From Eledone cirrhosa (Eukaryota), in assembly GCA_964016885.1 (NCBI GenBank), contig OZ024748.1:40920001-40984000 (forward strand): DNA of 64,000 nt. Reading direction: 5' to 3'. Position numbers and translations under genes: made by a program. This document shows, one piece after another, positions 12,769 through 27,199 of the stretch (position 1 is the first letter of the stretch; the number at the start of each line of letters is the position of its first letter). The notes under the pieces were generated by a model that was given only the letters and a program-made list of their open reading frames with translations, did no database searches and was not told the DNA's origin.

Positions 12769-13243
12769 TAAATATATATATAAAGATATATATATATATA
12801 TATATAAATATATATATAAAGATATATATATATATATATATAAAGATATAAATATATATATATATAAAGATATATATATATATATAAAGATATAAATATA
12901 TATATATATAAAGATATATATATATATATAAAGATATATATATATATATATATAAAGATATATATATATATATATATAAAGATATATATATATATATATA
13001 TAAAGATATATATATATATATTTATAAAGATATATATATAAAGATATATATATATATATATATATAAAGATATATATATATATATATATATAAAGATATA
13101 TATATATATATATATAAAGATATATATATATATATATATATAAAGATATATATATATATATATATAAAGATATATATATATATATTTATAAAGATATATA
13201 TATAAAGATATATATATATATATATATAAAGATATATATATAT

Positions 13244-13280
<37 letters not shown>

Positions 13281-13717
13281 AAGATATATATATATATATA
13301 TATAAAGATATATATATATATATATATAAAGATATATATATATATATTTATAAAGATATATATATATATATAAAGATATATATATATATAAAGATATATA
13401 TATATATATAAAGATATATATATATATATAAAGATATATATATACATATATATAAAGATATATATATACATATATATATAAAGATATATATATATATATA
13501 TATAAAGAAATATATATATATATATATATAAAGATATATATATATATATATAAAGATATATATATATATATATAAAGAAATATATATATATATATATATA
13601 AAGATATATATATATATATATAAAGATATATATATATATATATAAAGATATATATATATATATATATATAAAGAAATATATATATATATATAAAGATATA
13701 TATATATATATATATAA

Positions 13718-13751
<34 letters not shown>

Positions 13752-13999
13752 ATATATATATATATATATATAAAGATATATATATATATATATATAAAGA
13801 TATATATATATATATATATAAAGATAAATATGTATATATATATATAAAGATAAATATATATATATATATATAAAGATATATATATATATATATATATATA
13901 AAGATATATATATACATATATATATAAAGATATATATATATATATATATAAAGAAATATATATATATATATATATAAAGATATATATATATATATATAA

Positions 14000-14035
<36 letters not shown>

Positions 14036-14075
14036 AAATATATATATATATATAAAGATATATATATATATATAA

Positions 14076-14111
<36 letters not shown>

Positions 14112-14699
14112 ATATATATATATATATATATAAAGATAAATATGTATATATATATATAAAGATAAATATATATATATATATATAAAGATATATATATATA
14201 TATAAAGATAAAGATATATATATATATATATATATAAAGATAAATATGTATATATATATATAAAGATATATATATATATATATATAAAGATATATATATA
14301 TATATAAAGATAAAGATATATATATATATATAAAGATAAAGATATATATATATATATAAAGATAAAGATATATATATATAAAGATGGCTAGGAATTCAGT
14401 CCACGCTTTGCTATTTTCTATCCACTGAATTATTTTTTAATAAGTTTCCAGTGTCCACGCTTTGCCTGGATACTTAGATGAGAATAGACTTCCCTTACGA
14501 CGGAATGCTTCACCGTATCTTCTTCAGAAAATATATTTATTCCATTCCAGAAACTAATTAGTTGGAAGTGATTTTTAGTAAGTAAGTTAATTTTATAATT
14601 TTCTTATTTTACGTCTCTCATATATAAAGATATATATATATATAAAGATAAAGATATATATATATATATATAAAGATAAAGATATATATATATATATAA

Positions 14700-15055
14700 A
14701 TACACCCCGTCCCACCACCACCACCCCCACCCCATCCACACCACCCCGTCCTATGTAAAGTTATGTTGGTGCCGCGCCATCCAGGCCGAAACAAATGAGA
14801 TCGTGTAGGTGTCACGACAAAAAACACACAGTCCACGCTGTAATGTGGCCGTGTAGGCAACACGGTAAAAACCTCCCAGACCCACACTGTAAATGTGGTT
14901 GGTGTTAGGAAGGGCATCCAACTGTAGAAAACCTGCCAGACAGTCCTATGCGAGCAAGACAATCACTCTTGCCTCAAGTGGGACTACCCCCGTCCAAACC
15001 CATGCAAGCGTGGAACACGGACGTTAAACGTTGATGATGATGATGATGATGATGA
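14700..15055 (+). mobile_element. RTE LINE 3' UTR-only copy
   Basis: Reverse complement of 6525-6860, with a (GAT)n tail. Confidence 0.9.
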
Positions 15056-15242
15056 TATATATATATATAAAGATAAAGATATATATATATATATATATAA
15101 AGATAAAGATATATATATATATATATAAAGATAAAGATATATATATATATATATATAAAGATAAAGATATATATATATATATATATAAAGATAAAGATAT
15201 ATATATATATATGAAGATAAAGATATATATATATATATAAAG

Positions 15243-15273
<31 letters not shown>

Positions 15274-15285
15274 TATGTATAGTTG

Positions 15286-15330
<45 letters not shown>

Positions 15331-15342
15331 TATGTATAGTTG

Positions 15343-15387
<45 letters not shown>

Positions 15388-15399
15388 TATGTATAGTTG

Positions 15400-15433
<34 letters not shown>

Positions 15434-15519
15434 CATTTAATATAGAAATGGCTTCTACAGGACTAGAACTGTTTCATTCGAAGGAAAGCAGCAGGAAAAG
15501 CAACTGTCATTGTAGCAAT

Positions 15520-16340
15520 TAACAGCGCTGCGATCGAATGTAGCTTTTTAGCCCAGTCAATGATCTAAAATGTCTTGCACAGAGTTGGCAACCAGAACAT
15601 TCACTGGGAATAGCCGGCTGTGGTTAGAGTTCATGTACTTTTGCATGTCATTTGAGCCCTCCTGCTGATTTACATTCTCTACCACATGCTTGGCAAGCAT
15701 GATGAGTAGCATCTCCAACAGCAGCCTGGTAGTCAACCACTGGTCTTACTTTATGACTGCGAAGATGACTTTCGAGTCCAGCTTTGCTTAGGCAGAGTCT
15801 CGCACAGACGCTGCATGTCAGCACCATAGGAGGACCCTCGCCGTCTGGAAGTGCAACAGCAATGCCCTTCCTCACATCCCGCTTTACTTTCTCGTATGCG
15901 ATTCGAGATGATTCAAAGGCAACTTTCCCCTCATATACAGTCTTTCTCCATTTATTACGATCAGCAGCAATATTTTCCCATGTATCAGCAGAGATGTTAG
16001 CGTCTTCCAAAGAGGCTTTCAAGGAATCCTTATACCTCTTTTTTGGTTTATGTGGCGGTCGTTTTCCTTTAACTAACTCTCCATAAAAGAGTTTTTTTGG
16101 TATTCTAGAATCCTTCATCCTGGCAAGGTGACCACTCCAACGGAGACGTTGCTTAAGCACAAGAACTTCTATACTGTCACACAGAGAGATTTCCAAAATC
16201 TCGACATCACTGATGTGGTCCCTCCAGTGAACGACATGGATCCGTCTGAGACACATCTGATGGAAACGCTCCAATTGCTTAAGGTGGTGTCGATATGTGA
16301 CCCAGGTCTCGCAGGCATAAAGAAGGGAAGAGAGCACACA
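15520..16340 (-). mobile_element. BovB-like RTE 3' fragment with two C2H2 fingers
   Basis: LLYACETW, LERFHQMCLRRI, RLRWSGHLARM..SRIPKKLFYGEL, CSVC..LESHLRSH. The second finger, CQAC..., is interrupted by a stop. Confidence 0.88.
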
Positions 16341-16359
16341 TATATACATACATATATAA

Positions 16360-16508
16360 ATGCAGCATAGAGTTTCAGCCCTTTACGGTATGAGTTCAAA
16401 TCCCGCTGAGGTTAACTTTGCCTTTCATCCTTACGGGGTCGATAAAATAAAGTACCAGTAATGTACTGGAATAATTGCTGGCCTTGTGCCAAAAGTAGAA
16501 ACAATTAT
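16360..16508 (+). mobile_element. SINE family 1, 5'-truncated
   Basis: B-box, core and GTAGAAACAATTATT end. Confidence 0.85.
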
Positions 16509-16699
16509 TCTATACTTCCGTTGGTTTACAGGAATGGTTAGAATTACGAGTGAAGGAAACTCGGAAGATTTCTAGTTTGGGTTTTTATCTTCATTGCTTC
16601 CAATTTCCTGTTTCAATAAAATCAAACAGAATGTCATCGATTTGAGTGTGATTGAGACTGGCTACAGTATCGTCACAGTTGAATGACTGAAAGTTGTAA

Positions 16700-18140
16700 A
16701 ACAACAACAACAACGATAACAACAGCAATAACAACAACGACAACAATAACAAAGACAACAACAATAACAAAGACAACAATAACAACAACAATAACAACAA
16801 CACCATATCCAACAACTGTGGAGGGGAACAGGTGTGGTGGTGGTGTAGAGATGGTGAGGTAAAGGTGGTGGTTGCATGGTGGGGTAGAGGTGGTGGTGCT
16901 GGTGGTGGTGGTGTAGAGATGGTGAGGTAAAGGTGGTGTGGTGGTGGTGGGGTAGAGGTGGTTGGTGGTGGTGGTGGTGGGGGTAGAGGTGGTTGGTGGT
17001 GGTAGTGTAGAGATGGTGAGGTAAAGGTGGTGTGGTGGTGGTGGTGGGGTAGAGATGGTGGTGATGGTGTAGAGATAGTGAGGTAAAGGTGGTGGTGGTG
17101 GTGGTGTAGAGATAGTGAGGTAAAGGTGGTGGTGGTGGTGGTGTAGAGATGGTGGTGGTGTAGAGATGGTGAGGTAAAGGTGGTGTGGTGGCAGTGGGGT
17201 AGAGATGGTGGTGGTGGTGGTGTAGAGATGGTGGTGGTGTAGAGATGGTGAGGTAAAGGTGGTGTGGTGGCAGTGGGGTAGAGATGGTGGTGGTGGTGGT
17301 GTAGAGATGGTGAGGTAAAGGTGGTGTGGTGGTGGTGGTGTAGAGATAGTGAGGTAAAGGTGGTGTGGTGGTGGTGGTGGCGGTGTAGAGATAGTGAGGT
17401 AAAGGTGGTGTGGTGGTGGTGGTGGGGTAGAGATGGTGGTGGTGGTGGTGGTGTAGAGTTGGTGAGGTAAAGGTGGTGTGCTGGTGGTGGGGTAGAGATG
17501 GTGGTGGTGGTGTAGAGATAGTGAGGTAAAGGTGGTGTGGTGGTGGTGGTGGTGGCGGTGTAGAGATGGTGAGGTAAAGGTGGTGTGGTGGTGGTGGTGG
17601 TGGTGTAGAGATGGTGAGGTAAAGGTGGTGTGGTGGTGGTGGTGGTGATGGAGGGGTAGAGATGGTGGTGGTGGTGGTGTAGAGATGGTGGTGGGGTAGA
17701 GATGTGGTGGTGGTGGTGTAGAGATGGTGTGGTGGTGAGGTAAAGGTGGTGTGGTGGTGGTGGGGTAGAGATGGTGGTGGTGTGGGGGTGGGTAGAGATG
17801 GTGGTGTGTTGATGGTAGAGAGGGGGTGTTCTGAAATTATATGTAGGTAAATATTTAACATAGTTTGTATGTGTGTCTGTGTGTGTATGTCTGTATGTCT
17901 GTGTGTATCTGTGTGTGTCTGTGTGTGTGGCTGTGTGTGTGTCTGTCTGTGTGTCTGTCTGTGTGTGTGTCTGTGTGTGTGTCTGTGTGTGTGTGCATGT
18001 GTCTGTATGTATGTGTGTGTGTGTATGTGCATGTCGTTTGTGTCTGTGTATGTCTATCTGTGTGTGTGTATGTGCGTGCTGTTTGTGTCTGTGTGTCTGT
18101 GTGTCTGTGTGTGTGTGTCTGTGTGTGTATGTGTGTGATT
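16700..18140. repeat. (CAA)n, GGT-rich minisatellite and (TG/TCTG)n block
   Basis: Recurrent GTAGAGATGGTGAGGTAAAGGTGGT unit at 16830-17820, then TG repeats. Confidence 0.92.
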
Positions 18141-18289
18141 GATTAAAATGCCCTTGCCTTCCACTCCCCATTAAATACTGAATCTCACCACTTCCAGCCA
18201 TTATCATCCTCATCAGAGATCTCCAGCCTGTATCAATACAAACTCAAAAGGTCCATTCTAAAATATTTGCTAGGGTTGGTGGGGATTTG

Positions 18290-18557
18290 TGAGAAAGACA
18301 GGATTAACTGCTGGAATTGATCTCAGATCGGAGAAAAACAGGATTAACTGCTGGAATTGATCTCAGATCAGAGAAAGACAGGATTAACTGCTGGAATTGA
18401 TCTCAGATCAGAGAAAGACAGGATTAACTGCTGGAATTGATCTCAGATCAGAGAAAAACAGGATTAACTGCTGGAATTGATCTCAGATCAGAGAAAAACA
18501 GGATTAACTGCTGGAATTGATCTCAGATCAGAGAAAGACAGGACCAACTGCTGGAAT
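18290..18557. repeat. 40-bp tandem repeat, about 6.5 copies
   Basis: GAGAAAGACAGGATTAACTGCTGGAATTGATCTCAGATCA. Confidence 0.95.
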
Positions 18558-19100
18558 GCATTTAGTTCCATGTTATGTGATCTCAATGTGACCTCAGTCA
18601 TTTCAAACACTACCCTTCATTGAAATATGAGACTCAATTGATAAAAGTACATGTGAACTATATAAACAATTTTCATAAACAAACAAAGGAAATCAATTTA
18701 TTTTTCATGTCAAAAGATTCAGCAAAAAGCTAATCAATATTTCAGGTAGTAAGGGAGGTATGGTGACAGAGCGACAGAACCATCAGACAAAGGGAGGTGT
18801 GGTGACAGAACCATCTCTACCATACATGAATGAGAGGTGATCTTACATTGGTAGTGAGAAATGGGTAGTAAATGCATTATTATCATATACAACGCTCTAT
18901 CTCAAATATTAGGGACTTCACTTCACAGAATAACTCCCTATTTTTAACTTATACAAGACTATATCATAGATATTATATATATTTAATATAAGAGACAACT
19001 GTAACGATATTATTTAATGAATGTATTATTGAGGAGATAATTGTAACAATATTGATTAAAATTGTGTTTATTCCTATATTTCTAAATTAATTCATTCATT

Positions 19101-19599
19101 TTAACCCTTTTCTTATCCAACCATCTGCTACCACCTCTGGTTTTACAATGCAAAACTGTTTATGTTATATTCTTTATATATGAACTAATGTATTGTAGAA
19201 TTAAGACATTTGATAGCAAACAGCTTCTATCATACAACACTGTTTAGTTTAAAATATTTATATTTATTTAAAAAACGTCCATCATAATTATGTAAAACTC
19301 GAGAAAGTTATATTACTCGACATTTCCAAATTCTTCATTATTTTCTAAATTATTTGAAAATCATAGGTAGTATTTTTCTACTAGGAATATGGTAATGAAA
19401 GGGTTAATGACATAGACAGTGTCTTTAATCAGAAATATGGTAATGAAAGGGTTAATGACATAGGTAGTGTCTTTCATTAGAAATATTGTAATGAAAGGGT
19501 TAAAGACATAGGTAGTGTCTTTCATTAGAAATATGGTAATGAAAGGGTTAAAGACATAGGTAGTGTCTTTCATTAGAAATATGGTAATGAAAGGGTTAA
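19101..19599. mobile_element. piggyBac-like MITE with tandemly amplified 48-bp terminus
   Basis: TTAA-CCCTTT at the left end and AAAGGG-TTAA at the right; the right end is repeated 5 times. Confidence 0.7.
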
Positions 19600-20596
19600 T
19601 ATATTGAGATCAAAAGAATATTAATAGGAAAAGTTGAAATTAATGCATGCAGGATTTCACTGCTCTAGCATCACTCCTTCATCATCAGCCTATTAACTTT
19701 TCAGCTGACCCTTGTAGTGAGCCCAAAAGAATCTTTCATAGAGTAGCATGTAGATCAGTTCTTGGACCTGAAAATATATCCCCCTCTGCCTACAAATCTC
19801 GGAGACCCTGTGAAAGGTCATAGATGTAACAATTTCTTCTCTAAGCTATCAAATGAAGATGGAATGTATATAAAATAACTCCATTGGTTTAGAAGTTTCT
19901 CATTATCTTAGTTTCTTTATTTTCTGTTATAAAATTGCTATTTTATAATAGACTTTAGGTGAAGGTCAACTATGATAACCTACTTTTAGTTGTTCTAGAG
20001 ATTTCTTTACTTCTACTCCATTGTATTTACTTCCTGTTTAAATTATCAGAAATTCTTCTATTAAAAAATTAAAAAAAATCCCTCAAAATAGAATATTCTC
20101 GTATTCTGATACCGACTTCAGAATTTCGCCTATGCCCATGCTGGGGCACTGCCTTAGCATATTTTTGTTGTTTTTTTCTACTCAACCATATCAACATTAG
20201 TTGTTTCAGGGAACTCTATTTAATCACCAAGTTACATAGATATATAGGGACACAACATAACACAAGATTTTAAACTAGTGTAAACACACATATACACATA
20301 TACACACACACACATACACACACATACACGCACATATGATTATTTATTTATTATTATAAGTGCAAGGTCAGATAGGTCAGAAAACAACGTGGAAGGAACA
20401 CAAGTACAATGAAAATGGTTAGTTTAAGGTTTAAATGAAATATATGAGTCTGTTGTATGTTTTAGATGTTAGTCCTTCCTTGGAAAGTGGAGAGGAACAA
20501 GTGGATTTTAGGATGGGTAAGAGTATCACCAACATTTACCCATGGCCTACTTGTGTGTATACTATGACATATTTTACATGTAAACATATCAATAAT

Positions 20597-20736
20597 GCTA
20601 CCATCATCATCATCACCATCATTACCACCACCATCATCATCATCATCATCATTACCATGAACATCATCATCATCATCATCACTATTACCACCATCAACAT
20701 CATCACTACCACCACCATCACTACCACCATCACTAT

Positions 20737-20774
<38 letters not shown>

Positions 20775-22110
20775 TCACCACCACCATCAACATCGTCACT
20801 ACTACCATCATCATCATCATCACCATCACTACTACCATGATCATCACCATCACTACCACCGCCATCACTACCACCACCATCATCATTATCATCATCATCA
20901 CCACCACCACTACCACCACCATCAACATCGTCACTACTACCATCATCATCATCATCACCACTACCATGATCATCACCATCACTACCACTGCCATCACTAC
21001 CACCACCATCATCATCATCACCACTACCACCATCATCATTATCACCACCACTACCACCACCATCAACATCACCGCTACCACCACCATCAACATCATCATT
21101 ATTCATTACGAACATCACTATCACCATCATCACCACCACCACCATACTACCACCACCACCACCATCATTATACCACCATCACCATACCACTACCACCACC
21201 ACCACCATCACCATACCACCACCACCACCATCACCATACCACCACCACCACCATCACCATACCACCACCATCACCATACCACCACCACCACCACCACCAC
21301 CACCATACCACCACCACCATCACCATACCACTACCACCACCACCACCACCACCACACCACCAACACCACCATCACCACCACCACCATACCACCACCACCA
21401 ACACCACCACCACCACCACCACCACCATACCACCACCACCACCATACCACCACCACCACCACCATACCACCACCACCACCACCACGACAACAATTTGAAT
21501 TCTTTCCAGGACATTCTCCACTTCAATATATTTACTCATCATTTTAATGTCAGAGGTCAGTGTGTGTGTGTGTGTGTGTGTGGTGCAGTGACTGTGTATA
21601 TGTGTGTGGTGCAGTGACTGTGTGTGTGTGTATATGTGTGGTGCAGTGACTGTGTGTGGTTCAGTGACTGTGTGTGTAGTGCAGTGACTGTGTGTGTATG
21701 TGTGTGTGTGGTGCAGTGACTGTGTGTGTGTATGAGTGTATGGTGCAGTGACTGTGTGTGTGTGTGTATGTGTGTGTGGTGCAGTGACTGTGTGTGTGTA
21801 TGTGTGTGTGGTGCAGTAACTATGTGTGTATGTGTGTGTGGTACAGTGAGAGACTGTGTGTGTGTATGTGTGTGGTGCAGTGATTCTGTGTATGTGTGTG
21901 TGGTGCAGTGACTGTGTGTGTATGAGTGTGTGGTACAGTGAAAGACTGTGTTGTATGTGTGTGTGTGGTACAGTGAGAGACTGTGTGTGTGTATGTGTGT
22001 GGTGCAGTGATTATGTGTGTGTGGTGCAGTGACTGTGTGTATGAGTGTGTGGTACAGTGAAAGACTGTGTTGTATGTGTGTGTGTGGTACAGTGAGAGAC
22101 TGTGTGTGTA
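20597..22110. repeat. (CAT/CAC)n trinucleotide array then TG-rich GGTGCAGTGACT minisatellite
   Basis: Direct inspection. Confidence 0.93.
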
Positions 22111-22334
22111 AACATGAAATAGAATTAAATGTTAGTGGTGTAGAATGGAACGTTGACTCACTGCCAAAGTGGGAATGTGGGGTCGTGGGGCGCTCTTTCT
22201 AGTTTTTCATAGCTTGAAAGAGAGCATTTAACCTTGTTGGTAACAACCTGTCTAAAACCCCTCATTTTAAAGGGTTCCTACTCAAATTAAAATCTTCCAT
22301 CATAATTTTATATAAGAACCATATGTTAAGTTAC

Positions 22335-22505
22335 TACTTTTGGCACAAGGCCAACAATTACTCCAGTGTATTACTGGTATTTTATATTATCGACCCTGTA
22401 AGGATGAAAGGCAAAGCTAACCTTGCGGGATATGAACTCAGAGGTTAAAGGGCCATAACTCTATGTAGCAAAACATGGTGTCTGACATTTTACTGATACT
22501 GCCAA
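22335..22505 (-). mobile_element. SINE family 1, antisense
   Basis: CTACTTTTGGCACAAGGCC...TCGACCCTGTAAGGATGAAAGGCAAAG. Confidence 0.8.
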
Positions 22506-22587
22506 ACCAGGTATAAATCAAAGTTGTAGTCACAATATAGCAGATACCTATCGAATTGTTTGAGGCAGTTACAAAGCACTCAATGTA

Positions 22588-25500
22588 TGTCTGTTGTACA
22601 TGTCTGACAGGTCTGTCTGTTTTACATGTCTGACAGGTCTGTCTGTTGTACATCTCTGACACAGGTCTGTCTGTTGTATATGTCTGACACAGGTCTGTCT
22701 GTTGTACATCTCTGACACAGGTCTGTCTGTTGTATATGTCTGACAGGTCTGTCTGTTTTACATGTCTGACAGGTCTGTCTGTTGTACATCTCTGACACGG
22801 GTCTGTCTGTTGTATATGTCTGACACAGGTCTGTCTGTTGTATATGTCTGACAGGTCTGTCTGTTGTATATTTCTGACACATGTCTGTCTGTTGTATATG
22901 TCTGACACAGGCCTGTCTGTTGTATATGTCTGACAGGTCTGTCTGTTCTACATGTCTGACAGATCTGTCTGTTGTACATGTCTGACACAGGTCTGTCTGT
23001 TGTGTATGTCTGACAGGTCTGTTGTATATGTCTGACAGGTCTCTATGTTGTATATGTCTGACACAGGTCTGTCTGTTGTACATCTCTGACACAGGTCTGT
23101 CTGTTGTACATCTCTGACACAGGTCTGTCTGTTGTATATGTCTGACACAGGTCTGTCTGTTCTACATGTCTCACACAGGTCTGGCTGTTGTACATGTCTG
23201 ACACATGTCTGTCTGTTGTATATGTCTGACAGGTCTGTCTGTTGTACATGTCTGACACAGGTCTGTCTGTTGTATATGTCTGACACAGTTCTGTCTGTTG
23301 TATATGTCTGACACATGTCTGTCTGTTGTACATGTCTCACACAGGTCTGTCTGTTGTATATGTCTTACACAGGTCTGTCTGTTGTATATGTCTGACAGGT
23401 CTGTCTGTTGTACATGTCTGAGAGGTCTGTATGTTGTATATGTCTGACAGGTCTGTCTGTTGTATATGTCTGACAGGTCTGTCTGCTGTACATATCTGAC
23501 ACAGGTCTGTCTGTTATACATGTCTGACACAGGTCTGTCTGTTCTACATGTCTGACACAGGTCTGTCTGTTGTACATGTCTGACAGGTCTGTATGTTGTA
23601 TATGTCTGACAGGTCTGTCTGTTGTATATGTCTGACACAGTCTGTCTGTTGTATATATCTGACACAGGTCTGTCTGTTGTATATGTCTGACAGGTTTGTC
23701 TGTTGTATATGTCTGACACAGGTCTGTCTGTTGTATATGTCTGACAGGTCTATCTGTTGTACATGTCTGATACAGGTCTGTCTGTTGTATATGTCTGACA
23801 CAGGCCTGTCTGTTGTATATGTCTGACAGGTCTGTCTATTCTACATGTCTGACACAGGTCTTTCTGTTGTATATGTCTGACAGGTCTGTCTGTTCTACAT
23901 GTCTGACACAGGTCTGTCTGTTCTACCTGTCTGACACAGGTCTGTTTCTTGTACATGTCTGACAGGTCTGTCTGTTGTATATGTCTGACAGGTCTGTCTG
24001 TTGTACATGTCTGACACATGTCTGTCTGTTGTATATGTCTGACAGGTCTGTCTGCTGTACAAGTCTGACACAGGTCTGTCTGTTCTACATGTCTGACACA
24101 GGTCTGTCTGTTCTACATGTCTGACACAGGTCTGTCTGTTGTACATGTCTGACAGGTCTGTATGTTGTATATGTCTGACAGGTCTGTCTGTTGTATATGT
24201 CTGACACAGTTCTGTGTTTTGTATATGTCTGACACATGTGTGTCTGTTGTATATGTCTGACAGAGGTCTGTCTGTTGTATATGTCTTACACAGGTCTGTC
24301 TGTTGTACATGTCTGACAGGTCTGTCTGTTGTATATGTCTGACACGGGTCTGTCTTTTGTATATGTCTGACAGGTCGGTCTGTTGTATATGTCTGACAGA
24401 TCTGTCTGTAGTACATGTCTGACACATGTGTGTCTGTTGTATATGTCTGACAGGTCAGTCTGCTGTACATGTCTGACACAGGACTGTCTGTTCTACATGT
24501 CTGACACAGGTCTGTCTGTTATATATGTCTGACACAGATCTGTCTGTTGTATATGTCTGACAGGTCTGTCTGTTGTATATTTCTGACACATGTCTGTCTG
24601 TTGTATATGTCTGACACAGGCCTGTCTGTTGTATATGTCTGACAGGTCTGTCTGTTCTACATGTCGGACACAGGTCTGTCTGTTGTATATGTCTGACAGG
24701 TCTGTCCGTTCTACATGTCTGACACAGGTCTGTCTGTTCTACATGTCTGACACAGGTCTGTCTGTTCTACATGTCTGACACAGGTCTGTTTGTTGTATAT
24801 GTCTGACAGGTCTGTCTGTTGTACATGCCTGACAGGTCTGTCTGTTGTATATGTCTGACAGGTCTGTCTGTTGTACATGTCTGATAGGTATGTCTGTTGT
24901 ACATGTCTGACAGCTCTGTCTGTTGTACATGCCTGACAGGTCTGTCTGTTGTATATGTCTGACACAGGTCCGTGTGTTGTATATGTCTGACAGGTATGTC
25001 TGTTGTACATGTCTGACAGGTCTGTCTGTTGTACATGCCTGACAGGTCTGTCTGTTGTATATGTCTGACACAGGTCTGTCTGTTGTACATGTCTGACACA
25101 GGTCTGTCTGTTGTATATGTCTGACAGGTCTGTCTGTTGTATATGTCTGACAGGTCTGTCTGTTGTATATGTCTGACACAGGTCCGTGTGTTGTATATGT
25201 CTGACAGGTATGTCTGTTGTACATGTCTGACAGGTCTGTCTGTTGTACATGCCTGACAGGTCTGTCTGTTGTATATGTCTGACACAGGTCTGTCTGTTGT
25301 ACATGTCTGACACAGGTCTGTCTGTTGTATATGTCTGACAGGTCTGTCTGTTGTATATGTCTGACAGGTCTGTCTGTTGTATATGTCTGACAGGTCTCTA
25401 TGTTGTATATGTCTGACACAGATCTGTCTGTTGTATATGTCTGACAGGTCTGTCTGTTGTATATGTCTGACAGGTCTCTATGTTGTATATGTCTGACACA

Positions 25501-26943
25501 GGTCTGTGTGTTGTATATGTCTGGCAGGTCTGTCTGTTGTATATGTCTGACAGGTCTCTATGTTCTCTATGTCTGACACAGGTCTGTCTGTTGTATATGT
25601 CTGACAGGTATGTCAGCTGTACATGTCTGACAGGTCTGTCTGTTGTATATGTTTGACACAGGTCTGTCTGTTGTATATGTCTGACAGGTCTGTCTGTTGT
25701 ATATGTCTGACACAGGTCTGTCTGTTGTATATGTCTGACAGGTCTGTCTGTTGTATATGTCTGACACAGGTCTCTGTGTTGTATATGTCTGACACAGGTC
25801 TGTCTGTTGTATATGTCTGACACAGGTCTGTCTGTTGTATGTCTGACAGGTCTGTCTGTTGTATATGTCTGACAGGTCTCTATGTTGTATATGTCTGACA
25901 CAGGTCTGTCTGTTGTATATGTCTGACACAGGTTTGTCTGTTGTATATGTCTAACAGGTATGTCTGTTGTACATGTCTGACAGGTCTGTCTGTTTTACAT
26001 GTCTGACAGGTCTGTCTGTTGTATATGTATGACACAGATCTGTCTCTTGTATATGTCTGTTGTATATGTCTTCCACAGGTCTGTCTGTTGTACATGTCTG
26101 ACAGGTCTGTCTGTTGTACATGTCTGACACAGGTCTGTCTGTTGTATATGTCTGACACAGGTCTGTCTGATGTATATGTCTGACAAGTCTGTCTGTTGTA
26201 CATGTCTGACACAGGTCTGTCTGTTGTATATGTCTGACACAGTTCTGTCTGTTGTATATGTCTGACACAGATCTGTCTGTTGTATATGTCTTACACAGGT
26301 CTGTCTGTTGTACATGTCTGACAGGTCTGTCTGTTGTACATGTCTCACACAAGTCTGTCTGTGGTATATGTCTGACAGGTCTGTCTGTTGTACATGTCTG
26401 ACACAGGTCTGTCTGTTGTATATGTCTGATACAGGTCTGTCTGTTATATATGTCTGACAGGTCTGTCTGTTGTACATGTCTGACACAGGTTGTCTGGTGT
26501 ATATGTCTGACAGGTCTGTCTGTTGTATATGTCTGACAGGTCTGTCTGTTGTACATGTATGACAGCTCTGTATGGTTTATAAGTCTGACAAAGGTCTGTC
26601 TGTTGTATATGTCTGACACAGGTTTGTCTGTTGTACATGTCTGACAGGTCTGTCTGTTGTACATGTCTGACACAGGTCTGTCTGTTGTATATGTCTGACA
26701 CAGGTCTGTCTGTTATATATGTCTGACAGGTCTGTCTGTTGTACATGTCTGACACAGGTTGTCTGGTGTATACGTCTGACAGGTCTGTCTGTTGTACATG
26801 TCTGACACAGGTCTGTCTGGTGTATATGTCTGACACAAGTCTGTCTGTTGTATATGTCTGACACATGTCTGTCTGTTTTATATGTCTGACAGCTCTGTCT
26901 GTTGTATATGTCTTACACAGGTCTGTCTGTTGTACATGTCTCA
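22588..26943. repeat. 4.35-kb minisatellite of 26/28-bp units
   Basis: TGTCTGACA(CA)GGTCTGTCTGTTGTA(T/C)A; ends about 60 nt before exon 2. Confidence 0.97.
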
Positions 26944-27005
26944 GAAATCTCAATATATGTAGTAATGATGAAGTAAATCCCTTTTACTACCCTTTCTCCT
27001 TCTAG

Positions 27006-27152
27006 ATGAGTCGTATCCTGCCACTGTTCCCGGGGGAGTCTATATGGCCCTTTATAATAACAACATCATTCATGATCCCTATGCCGGGTTCAACGATGTT
27101 TCCTATCGATATATTGGCAAGAAAGATTGGAATTTTACCAGATTCTTCAATA
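27006..27152 (+). CDS. MANBA: MANBA exon 2 (NESYPATVPGGVYMALYNNNIIHDPYAGFNDVSYRYIGKKDWNFTRFFN)
   Basis: Pyrimidine tract plus TAG acceptor at 27003-27005; donor GTAAGT at 27153; phase 1/1. The ORF track shows the wrong frame here. Confidence 0.93.
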
Positions 27153-27199
27153 GTAAGTATTTCTAGTTTGTCTTTCGTCTTAAGTAATATTTTACTGTA

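Noticed and set aside
14387-14617. Unique island with duplicated GTCCACGCTTTGC
   Set aside because: Probably a transposon end fragment, but no partner terminus or second copy is present to support a call.
15445-15500. Third family A hammerhead
   Set aside because: Only the GAAAC..GTA half is intact; CTGATGA is replaced by CTGCTGC.
18140-20600. Possible extra exons or a nested gene in the unique parts of intron 1
   Set aside because: Exon 1 joins exon 2 in frame with the expected spacing, and I found no convincing ORF or homology by eye. A non-coding or short exon cannot be excluded.
22438-26953. ORFs with repeating CQTC/HIQQTD motifs resembling multiheme or zinc proteins, and an array superficially like CRISPR
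   Set aside because: This is a 26/28-bp minisatellite with constant frame switching and no unique spacers, in a eukaryotic intron with no cas genes.
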